Below are positions 49,838 through 59,400 of a stretch of DNA of 64,000 bases, piece after piece. Position 1 is the stretch's first letter; every line of letters starts with the position of its first letter. Both the position numbers and the translations under genes were made by a program. Source of the DNA: an uncultured Bacilli bacterium. GTDB lineage: Bacteria; Bacillota_I; Bacilli_A; RFN20; CAG-631. Location: positions 40,692 through 104,691 of the forward strand of contig CANQTM010000003.1 in NCBI GenBank assembly GCA_947626825.1, given 5' to 3'. The notes under the pieces were generated by a model. It made no database searches. It had not been told where the DNA came from and saw only the letters and a program-made list of their open reading frames with translations.

Positions 49838-52462
49838 TTGGAGGGTAAAAATATGTTTAAAAAATTATTAGGTATACTCTTATTGATTGGTTTAGTAAGT
49901 TGTGATGCAAACGAAATAAGCCATTCTTTAGACTCAACACCAAGCACTCAAGATTCTTCATCTAGTAGTGCTGATGAATCTTTATCAAACTCAAATTCGA
50001 GCAGTAGTTTTGATTCATCATCTTCTAGTGATTCAAGTGCAACAGAAGTTATTACATCAATTGTAATAAATAATAAAATTGATGAATTAGTTCAAGGTTC
50101 AACGCACACATTAAATGTTGCAGTAACACCATCTTCATTGGCAAGTCAAGTTGTTTATAAATCATCATTGCCATCTTGTGCATCAATAAGTAATGATGGT
50201 CAAATAACTGCATTGCTTCCTGGTTCAACTATTATTACTGTTTCAGCACCTGATTATTCAATTAGTGATTCTTTTACATTAAAAGTAACAAAGAAAATCA
50301 TTCATGTTGAAAATGTAACTATAAATAATAGTGAAACAGAAATGGTTGAAACAACTACATTAAAATTAGATGTAACAGTTTCACCACAAGATGCCACAAA
50401 TAAAGAATTAACTTATACAAGTAGTGATAATAGTTATGCTACTGTTTCTAATGATGGACTAATTACTGCTTTAAAACCAACTCTTGAAGGACAACCAGTT
50501 GTAATAAAAGCAATTTCAAAAGATAATACTCAAATAGAAGACTCTTTATCTTTAACAATTAAAAGAAAAGCTATTTCAGTTCAAAGTATCACAGCAACAT
50601 TATTATCAAATGATATCATGCCAAATGATAAAATAAATTTTGAGGTAACATTATTACCTGAAAATGCTGATAATAAAGAATATACTGTTACAACTACAAC
50701 TCCTGAAATTTTAGAAGTTGGAAATAATAATGTTGTTACAGCTTTAAAAGAAGGTTTAGGAAAATTAACATTTACATCTAACGATGTTCCAACAGTTACT
50801 ACTAGTTTAGATGTTCCTGTATTAAAATCAACAAATTATGATTATATTAAAGAAAAATTAGCTGAAGCTTCTACTATTGAACATGAAAGTGCAAGTAGTG
50901 GACATTTTGAAAAAAATGAAAAAAGTTTTTATGATGATGAGCCAGAAGTAATTACAAATAATTGGACAGTTTATACTGATGGTGTAATGATTGATAGAAA
51001 CGATAATTTAGGTCATACAAAAAAATTATCAGTTAAAAACGGCAATATGCTTTGTGTTTTAGAAGATTCAACAAGTGACTATAGTAGTTATAATGGAGTT
51101 ACTTATGAAGAAGATGAATTCGATGATTGGTTTAATAAAGAAGAAAATGCATTCTTACCTGAAATCGAAAGTTCTAGTAATAGCGTTGGTTTATGTAACT
51201 ATATTGCTGACTATTTAGATAATTATTCATCATTCTCTAAAGACGAAATTGTTGAAAATGCTAGAGTTATAGTTAAACCAGGTAGCAATCAAGAAACAAT
51301 TACCCTAACTAGTTCGGCAGAATATAATGATTCTTATTGGGATGAAAGCGTTTCTTACATGGAAGTTAGTATGAAATTAATTTTCAATGAAAACAATGCT
51401 TTAGTAAGTTTTGAAAGTTCTTATCTTAAAATAGATAGTGATAATTATGATGCTGAAAATCATACATCAATTGACGAAAGCCAAAATGATACAACAGTTA
51501 TAAGTGCAACTATAAATTATGATACACGTGTAGCCACTGATGACAACAGAATTAAAAAAGAAGATTATTATGTCACTTCATTTGAAATTGATACATCTAA
51601 TTTTATCGATGGTAATAAAATCAATTTAAAAGAAGATGTAAATATTGCTGTTATAAATGAAGTTCCAGAAAGACACCTTGAAGAAAAATATACTGTTTCA
51701 TCAAACAACGAAAGCATTATTGAATGTTATAATTCAAATAGAACAAGTATTTGCGGCCAAAGTGAAGGACAAGCAACAATAACTGTCACTTCAGAAGGCG
51801 GTGTTTCTGCATCAATTGAACTTACTGTAATCGTTCCTGAAGTTAGTTCAATATCACTTTCTTATTTACCTTCATCTATGAGAGTTGGCGAAAAACAAGA
51901 AGAAATTTATGCTGTTGTTAATCCTAGTGGTGCAGATCAAAGTTATGAAATTGTTTTAACAGAAGATTCTAAAGATTTTGCTACTTTAGAAAAAGTAAAT
52001 GATAAATATGATTTAACTGCTATTGCTCCAGGAAAAGTAACAATCATTGCAAGAAGTTTATCTAAACCAGAAATAACTGATGAAGAAACAATTACAATTA
52101 AACCTGAACTTAACGTTGAAAGTGCTAAAGAAACATTAATCAATAACACATATTCTGCTGGATATTCTGGCAATGAAACTCTAGTATTTAATGGAGATGG
52201 AACTGGCGTACTTAAAGTTGATGGTGGTGGTGAATTTACATTTAAATGGGAACTAGTATTAACTGAAACATGGTTAGGACAATCTTTCCAATTAAATATA
52301 ACTGATATAGTGGAAATTTCTAGTTCAGAAGATGATTATTTATATAAAGGAACTACATCTACATGGACTGTTTCAGAGGATGCAGATCAAATTTCTGTAA
52401 AAATATATGATGATTTCTGGGAAGAAGATACTACACTAACTTATGAATTGGTAAGTGAATAA
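49838..52462 (+). CDS. Large surface lipoprotein with Ser-rich linker and Big_2-type Ig-like domains
   Basis: 874 aa. The N-terminus has a lipobox LVSC at MFKKLLGILLLIGLVSCD. There is a Ser-rich low-complexity stretch (aa 30-70) and a Big_2-like segment (VTSIVINN...LNVAVTPSS...ISNDGQITALLPG). Confidence 0.6.
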   Translation: MEGKNMFKKLLGILLLIGLVSCDANEISHSLDSTPSTQDSSSSSADESLSNSNSSSSFDSSSSSDSSATEVITSIVINNKIDELVQGSTHTLNVAVTPSSLASQVVYKSSLPSCASISNDGQITALLPGSTIITVSAPDYSISDSFTLKVTKKIIHVENVTINNSETEMVETTTLKLDVTVSPQDATNKELTYTSSDNSYATVSNDGLITALKPTLEGQPVVIKAISKDNTQIEDSLSLTIKRKAISVQSITATLLSNDIMPNDKINFEVTLLPENADNKEYTVTTTTPEILEVGNNNVVTALKEGLGKLTFTSNDVPTVTTSLDVPVLKSTNYDYIKEKLAEASTIEHESASSGHFEKNEKSFYDDEPEVITNNWTVYTDGVMIDRNDNLGHTKKLSVKNGNMLCVLEDSTSDYSSYNGVTYEEDEFDDWFNKEENAFLPEIESSSNSVGLCNYIADYLDNYSSFSKDEIVENARVIVKPGSNQETITLTSSAEYNDSYWDESVSYMEVSMKLIFNENNALVSFESSYLKIDSDNYDAENHTSIDESQNDTTVISATINYDTRVATDDNRIKKEDYYVTSFEIDTSNFIDGNKINLKEDVNIAVINEVPERHLEEKYTVSSNNESIIECYNSNRTSICGQSEGQATITVTSEGGVSASIELTVIVPEVSSISLSYLPSSMRVGEKQEEIYAVVNPSGADQSYEIVLTEDSKDFATLEKVNDKYDLTAIAPGKVTIIARSLSKPEITDEETITIKPELNVESAKETLINNTYSAGYSGNETLVFNGDGTGVLKVDGGGEFTFKWELVLTETWLGQSFQLNITDIVEISSSEDDYLYKGTTSTWTVSEDADQISVKIYDDFWEEDTTLTYELVSE

Positions 52463-53851
52463 TTGGAGAAAATAATAAAAATGAAAAAAATTTATTTATT
52501 ATTAGGAATTGCATTAGGACTTTGTAGTTGTGGTGGCAACACCATAACTACAAGCAATAGTTCTTCATCAAATGTTGAAGAACAAACCACTTTAAATATT
52601 ATTGGCCCTAATGAAGTTTCAATTGGTGATGTTGTCAAATATACAGTTGAACCAAACATTGATGTAAGTTTTCAAAGTTCTGATGATTTAGTTTTAAGTA
52701 TTAATGGCAGAGGTGAAGCTACAACATTTAAAGAAGGTCAAGTTACAATTACAGCAACATCTAAAGAAGATGCAAATGTTAAAGGAACTTTAAATGTTAA
52801 AGTTAATCCTGCAAAAATGCAATTACCAAATGATTATTTAGGAATTACCGAATTAATTAATAAAGCCAAAGAACTTGAAAGTTCAGCTAGCGAAATTTCA
52901 ATGGAAACAATTAAAACAGATCTTAAAGAAACAAGATTACAAAATGTTAAACTTTATGATGGTAATTTCTATATTGAAACAATTGATGATGAATACACTA
53001 ATCATTCTGGATATACACATGAAATAACTACAGTATTTAATGGCGTTTATCAAAACAATTATTATGAAATCCATGATGGAAACATAGGTAGTTATGTTAT
53101 TAAACAAAAAATTGTTGATGAAAATGCTGTTAGAGACAATAATGAAATTTTAGAAAGTGATGCTATTAAAAAAGGCACAAATCCATCTTATGTTTCAGCT
53201 TTTACTTATGATATTTATTCATTATGGGGTGCAAGAACATTAGATTTAAAAATTGATGGTGAAGTCACAAATGAAGGCATGACATTAACATTAAGTAATA
53301 TTTATCTATTTTGTTGGGCTGATGGTGTCACAAATGAATCAACATATTATGAAACGACTTTAAAATTTGATAATGATGGTTTCCTATATGAAGGAATATA
53401 TCAAGAAATCGAATATCAAGAAAATCAATATGATACAAAAATCAATGATTTTGTTGAAGATGCTGAAATAAAAGACACAAAAACTGTGACATTTAATGCC
53501 AAAAAAGGCGTAAAATTTGCAAGCAATACTTCTAACATTTTACCAACAGATTATTTTGTATCATCTGTTACTAAAGCAAATTATGCAATAGATGTACATG
53601 TTAATGATCTAATTTTAGTTAGAAATGTTGAACTTGTTGAATATGAAGGTGCTAAAGCATTAGATATTGATGAAATTAAGATAATTGATGTTATTAATGA
53701 TGATGATAAAATATTATTATCTAAGGATGCCTTTTCTGGTCAATATATGGCTATGCAAGAAGGAACTGCATATTTACTTTGTCAAATGACTTATTCAAAT
53801 GATGTTCAATTTTTAGTTGAAATAGTAATCTTACCAAAGGAAGGTGCTTAA
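52463..53851 (+). CDS. Lipoprotein with Big_2-type Ig-like domain
   Basis: 462 aa. The N-terminus MKKIYLLLGIALGLCSCGG has a lipobox. A Big_2-like region follows (LNIIGPNEVSIGDVVKYTVEP). The start abuts the previous stop. Confidence 0.55.
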   Translation: MEKIIKMKKIYLLLGIALGLCSCGGNTITTSNSSSSNVEEQTTLNIIGPNEVSIGDVVKYTVEPNIDVSFQSSDDLVLSINGRGEATTFKEGQVTITATSKEDANVKGTLNVKVNPAKMQLPNDYLGITELINKAKELESSASEISMETIKTDLKETRLQNVKLYDGNFYIETIDDEYTNHSGYTHEITTVFNGVYQNNYYEIHDGNIGSYVIKQKIVDENAVRDNNEILESDAIKKGTNPSYVSAFTYDIYSLWGARTLDLKIDGEVTNEGMTLTLSNIYLFCWADGVTNESTYYETTLKFDNDGFLYEGIYQEIEYQENQYDTKINDFVEDAEIKDTKTVTFNAKKGVKFASNTSNILPTDYFVSSVTKANYAIDVHVNDLILVRNVELVEYEGAKALDIDEIKIIDVINDDDKILLSKDAFSGQYMAMQEGTAYLLCQMTYSNDVQFLVEIVILPKEGA

Positions 53852-56216
53852 AATGAAAAAATGCTTATTTGTTTTAGCAAGTTTTCTTTTATTATCGTCT
53901 TGTCAAAATAACCAAACAAGTAATAGTTTATCAAATACAGATAGTTCTTCTTCAAGTGAAGAAATTAAAAATGAAACTGTTGAAGATATTTTAAATAAAA
54001 TAGAAGATAATTATAGTGTTGTTTATACAAGTGCTTCTGGAAAATATCATATTTATAAAACAAAAAATTATTTTTATGATGAAGAAATTGGTGGCGGACA
54101 ATTTGTTTTAGATGACGATACAATGTATATATATACTGTTCATAACAATGTAATCGTTCCAAGAAATAAATATTCAGCAACTAGAACTGATTTTGAAAAT
54201 TTCTTTCCAAAATTTGAAGTTAACATGGATAAATTTGAAATAATAGATGACATGTATGTTACTTCTGATGCACAAACCATGACAAGTTTATGCAAATTAA
54301 TTAATATGTCTTCTTATAATCGTGCAGAATTATTCATGGATGATAATTTTCTTAATTTTAGATTTTATGATAATTACAATCGCATGTTGGTTAGTGGTAA
54401 ATTTTATGGGGTTGGTGAAACAAATTACAATATTTTAGATGAATATCTTAATCAAAAAATTGCACCAGAAACAGAAACTTACACAAATAGTCCACTAATT
54501 GATGTATTAGGCGATTTAAATAATAATATGACATTTGTTGGACAAAGTGTTACTTCCCATGAAGGCTTATCATTATTATTAACAGATAAATATTTAGCCA
54601 CTTTTTCAGGTAATGGTAAACAAATATCTGATGGTGATGGCTATTTACAATTAAATGACAATTTACATCAATTTACATTAAAAGATAATAAATTAGATGT
54701 AGATTATGAATATCTTGATACTGATGAAACATTAGACATGAAAAGTTTTACTCTTCAAAGACATGATTTTACAAAATTTAAAGAAATAGATACTAATACA
54801 TATATTTCAAGCGATTATTATAATGTTAAAAATTTAACAGATTTTCTATTATTAGATGCGCAAAATGTTAATTTAGTCAAAATAAAAGTTGACACAACAT
54901 CTAAAGAAGCAGAAATAACTTTTTTACAAGATCAAGTTGAATTATATACTGGAAGAATATTTAACATTAACTCTTCATCATTACCTCAACTTGATGAATA
55001 TTTAGAAAACAAATCCGAACCAGCATTGAAATATTATGAAAATAGTGAATTAATGGCTGCTGTTGCTAACTTAAATGATAATTTTACATATATTCGCGAT
55101 GATTTAACTCCACAAGATAATAATGAAGAAGGAATTGAATTTTATGGTGTACGATCAACTGTTAATGGTCGTAAAGAATACAAATCATATTATAATAATT
55201 TCCCATCAACTGATTATATCACTTATAATCAAAAAGCTTATCATTATGTATTAAATGGAGATAGTATCATTCTTAAAAATAATGGTTCAATATCAAAAAA
55301 TAAATATGAAGAATATTTTTCTTTTTCAAAAATTAATTTTCATTATTTTGAACCTTTAGGAAATAATAAATATTTTACTTCATCAACAAGAATATTAAGA
55401 CAATTATCAAAATTAATCAGTTCAAATCCATATAATTTAGGACGTTGTTATATAAGTATTGAAAATGGAACTATAAATATTGAAATGCAAGATCAATACT
55501 TAAATACTAATTCTATAGGTCATCTTGAAAAAATAAACGAAACCTCTTTACCAATGGTTGATAATTATAAAACAAATAATCAAGATGAAAACAATTTATT
55601 TCCAAAATATAATAATAGTAAAATTAAAGATGTTGTTAAACAAATCAATGATGGTAATAATTTTACAGTTGCTTATCAAGATGATATAGAATATGGCATA
55701 GAATTTACTGCAGATGATTATGATTATTATACAAATGAAACTATTTATTATGGTATGTATAAAGATGGTTTTATAACTGGATCGTTATCAAAATATATTT
55801 ATAATTTTGGTTGGGTAACTGATGAAGAAACAGAAGTTAGAGAATTCACATTAAGTGATCATCCATCATTATATTTAAGTAGTATGGCAGAAATGAATCC
55901 TTTCCAATCATTAAGTGATGACATGATTGATAGATTTGTTCCATATCAAAACAACAAATTTCTATCATTAGATGAAGATATTTGTAGCGTATTTAGTTTG
56001 GCACTACAAATGGGCGGTGTTGTTGATGTTGTTGGAGTTATGTTAAGTTTTAATAATAAAAATGAATTAGTAATTGAAGTTATTGATGAAATTGAAGTTA
56101 CTTATGACGAAAACAACATTCGTAACGAAGAATATATTGTTTTTGCAACAGCAATTATTACTGATGTAGGCACTACAAAAATTCCATCAAATGCTCTTAT
56201 TCCAACAATGAAATAA
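53844..56216 (+). CDS. Large hypothetical lipoprotein
   Basis: 790 aa. The signal and lipobox MKKCLFVLASFLLLSSCQNN are present. It overlaps the previous gene by 8 nt. No other domain was recognised. Confidence 0.5.
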   Translation: MLKMKKCLFVLASFLLLSSCQNNQTSNSLSNTDSSSSSEEIKNETVEDILNKIEDNYSVVYTSASGKYHIYKTKNYFYDEEIGGGQFVLDDDTMYIYTVHNNVIVPRNKYSATRTDFENFFPKFEVNMDKFEIIDDMYVTSDAQTMTSLCKLINMSSYNRAELFMDDNFLNFRFYDNYNRMLVSGKFYGVGETNYNILDEYLNQKIAPETETYTNSPLIDVLGDLNNNMTFVGQSVTSHEGLSLLLTDKYLATFSGNGKQISDGDGYLQLNDNLHQFTLKDNKLDVDYEYLDTDETLDMKSFTLQRHDFTKFKEIDTNTYISSDYYNVKNLTDFLLLDAQNVNLVKIKVDTTSKEAEITFLQDQVELYTGRIFNINSSSLPQLDEYLENKSEPALKYYENSELMAAVANLNDNFTYIRDDLTPQDNNEEGIEFYGVRSTVNGRKEYKSYYNNFPSTDYITYNQKAYHYVLNGDSIILKNNGSISKNKYEEYFSFSKINFHYFEPLGNNKYFTSSTRILRQLSKLISSNPYNLGRCYISIENGTINIEMQDQYLNTNSIGHLEKINETSLPMVDNYKTNNQDENNLFPKYNNSKIKDVVKQINDGNNFTVAYQDDIEYGIEFTADDYDYYTNETIYYGMYKDGFITGSLSKYIYNFGWVTDEETEVREFTLSDHPSLYLSSMAEMNPFQSLSDDMIDRFVPYQNNKFLSLDEDICSVFSLALQMGGVVDVVGVMLSFNNKNELVIEVIDEIEVTYDENNIRNEEYIVFATAIITDVGTTKIPSNALIPTMK

Positions 56217-56230
56217 TAATTATAATTAAC

Positions 56231-56272
56231 AAAACTCTGTAATTTGATTAATTCATTTTATAGAGTTTTTTT
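56231..56272 (+). terminator. Rho-independent terminator after the lipoprotein operon
   Basis: aaaactctgtaa...tatagagttttttt: inverted repeat aactct/agagtt plus a T-run. Confidence 0.5.
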
Positions 56273-56400
56273 TACTTTTTTATATAATTATGTAGAAAAA
56301 ATATTTTTTAAAAAAATAACCTTTTTATATTATTAAAAAATGTTAATAAAACAATAAAAAAATGTTAAAATAATATTACAACATCTATTGGAGAAAAGAT

Positions 56401-59400
56401 ATGGGAAATATTGATAACAAATTCGAAATTTGGACAAAAAAACTTTATGATATATCTAAAAAAAATTATATGATTAATTTTAGAGGGCAAAAAAATCGAT
56501 GTTTAACAATAACTAAGCCTGATATTTTTGAATTATATGATTCTTTAGTATTTAAAGATAATTCTATGTCTTTTAAAAGAGCAATTACTGCTGATACAAA
56601 TTTCAATATTTTTGCTATTAATACTTTAATTAATTGTTTAGGTAATAGTACCATTTTTGAAGAAGGAGATATTTCTGTTGCACCGAAAGTCAACAAAACC
56701 CCATATTTTATTTTAAGAAACATTAAGAAAACTGCTAATTTTTTTAAACAAGAACAAGGCATTGATGTCATGTATATGACTTTTTTATATGTAAGATGGC
56801 ATCCAATTGGCTCAACAGATGAATATTTAACACCTTTAGTTAATGTTCCTGTTTCTTTAGAACAAGATAATATCTATTCATTATTTATATTAAAAAAACA
56901 AGGTGAACCTGAAATAAACCCAATATTTTTATATATGTTAGAGCAACAACAAATGACAATACCTTCTATAAATGACAAACCATTAAAAGAATATTTGGTA
57001 GAATTAGAAAAAATATTTGCAGATTTGGATTTTGAAATAATTCAACAGGCTAATCTATGTGTACTATTTTTCCAAAAAATGGTAATGTTTAAAGATTTAG
57101 TAAATAATAAAGAAAGAATTATAAATCATCCAATCATTAAAATGTTTTGTAATGATAATGAAGAAAATACGATTTTTGATTTAGATAATTTTCCACAAAT
57201 AAAAGAAAGCCAAAAAATTGTTGTAATTGATGCAGATTCAAGTCAAAGCAAGGCTTTAGATTTAGCAACTCAAGGGCAATCATTTGTATTGCAAGGCCCA
57301 CCTGGAACTGGCAAAAGTCAAACAATTACTAATATAATAGCAAGTCAAATATATCAAGGCAAAAAAATTCTATTTGTCTCGCAAAAGACTGCCGCTTTAG
57401 AAGTTGTTTTTAATATGCTTAAGAAAATTGGACTTAGTGATTTAGCCTTAACTTTACATAACAATAACAAATTAAATAAAAATGAAATTATAAATGAAAT
57501 TTATGCTCCTTTTTCATTTAAAAAGTTTAATGTTAAAGAAGAAAAAATAAATTATTTAATGAAAATCGATCAAATTTTAAATGATTTAGAACAATATAAT
57601 GAACTTTTAAATACCAAAGTTTATTCATTAAATGATACATTATATGAATTAATTAATAAATATTTTGATCTTATAGAAATATCAAAAAGTAATTTTAAAA
57701 TTAATTTTGATTTAACTTCATTAGATTATAAAACACTTCTAGAAAATGTAAATTCAATTAATCTTTTTGAAAACGAATGGAAATCAATTACAATAAATAA
57801 TGATGATTGTTATGATTATTTTGCTATTGACGATATATCATTACAAACCAAAGAAAAATTAGATAACGATTTATTATTAATTTACAATAAAATTGAACCA
57901 TTAGTAAACACATACTTGAATTTAAAAAAATATATTAGTAATTTATCTTTAACTTTTGATAATTCTTTAAATATTTTAGACGATTTAAATAAATTAAATA
58001 ATATTGATTTTAATGATATTAAAATAAACAATATTGAACTTTTAAATGAATATATCGATGATATTAATTTTTATTTAAAAAGTGATGAAGACTTAAAAAA
58101 GACATACCAAGAAATAAATAATATTTTTTATGATAATATTTTTAATATTGATATGAAAGAATTAGCAAATATTATTGAAAATAATCTTAATATTATTAAA
58201 ACTAATATTAAAGATTTTGCTAATTGTTCACATTACGAAATAATGCAACAATTAAATAATTATGCTAATAGTCTTAATAATTTTATCAATAATAAGGAAA
58301 CATTTGATAAAACAACTAATTATTTAACAACTTTATTACATGTTTCTTTGGATACTTTATTATCTTATGACTTATACCATATAAATGAAGAATTAAAAAA
58401 TAACACATATTCTTTAAGTTATTTTTCTGTAGCTTATAGTAATTATGATGTTGTTATAAATAATTTAAATAGATATAAAGAATTAAAAGAAAACCAAAAA
58501 CATTTAAAAAAATTAATTACTAATTTATCATATGAAGCTATTTTAACTTTAAATGAAAATCAAGTAGATAATTATTTAATTATTTTAGATGAAAAAACTA
58601 ATTGGTTTAATTTTAGTAAAAAAGAAGCTAAAAAAGATGTTATTAATAAAATATCAACTTATTTATACGATAATCAAACAAATATAGAAACTGTTATAAA
58701 CATTTTACATCTTGTTAAAAATTATCAAGAAATTACTAATCACTTAAAGCAATTAGGTCAAGCAATAAAGCCATTATTAAATGACACGATTAATCTTGAT
58801 AATAGTGAAATTGACTGCCAAAGTTATATCAATGAATTAGACAAATTGCATCATATTATTATATTATTACCAAATGTTAAAGAAAATATTTTAAAAAGTA
58901 TTTTAAGTTTTGATAATGCTTTAAATTTTAAAAATAATCTTTACAATCTTTTAGAATGTTTACCAATGGTTATAAATAATTATGATAATGATTTACAAAC
59001 TTTAATAGAAAACGAAAAAATTGTAAATGAAACATTAAAATTTGTTAACACATTAAAATTATATTGTAAAGATTTTACACTATTAAAAGATATTGAAAAC
59101 AAATATATTTATTTAAAAAATTATGCTAAAATCAAACAAGAAAATCAAGAAAAGAAAACTATTTTAGATAATATTTTTACATATGATATTTTAAAATCAA
59201 AAAAGCAATTATTTTATATAAATCAAATTAATTGTTTTGCCAAAACATATAATTTAAATCAAAACGAATTATTATTAAATTTAATAAATCACTCAAAAGA
59301 TATTTTCTTTCTTATTTTGCAATTTAAAGAAAGATATAGCCAATCTTTACCATCATATAATCATTTTAAAGAAATGTTTACCAAAGAAAAAAATCTTGAA

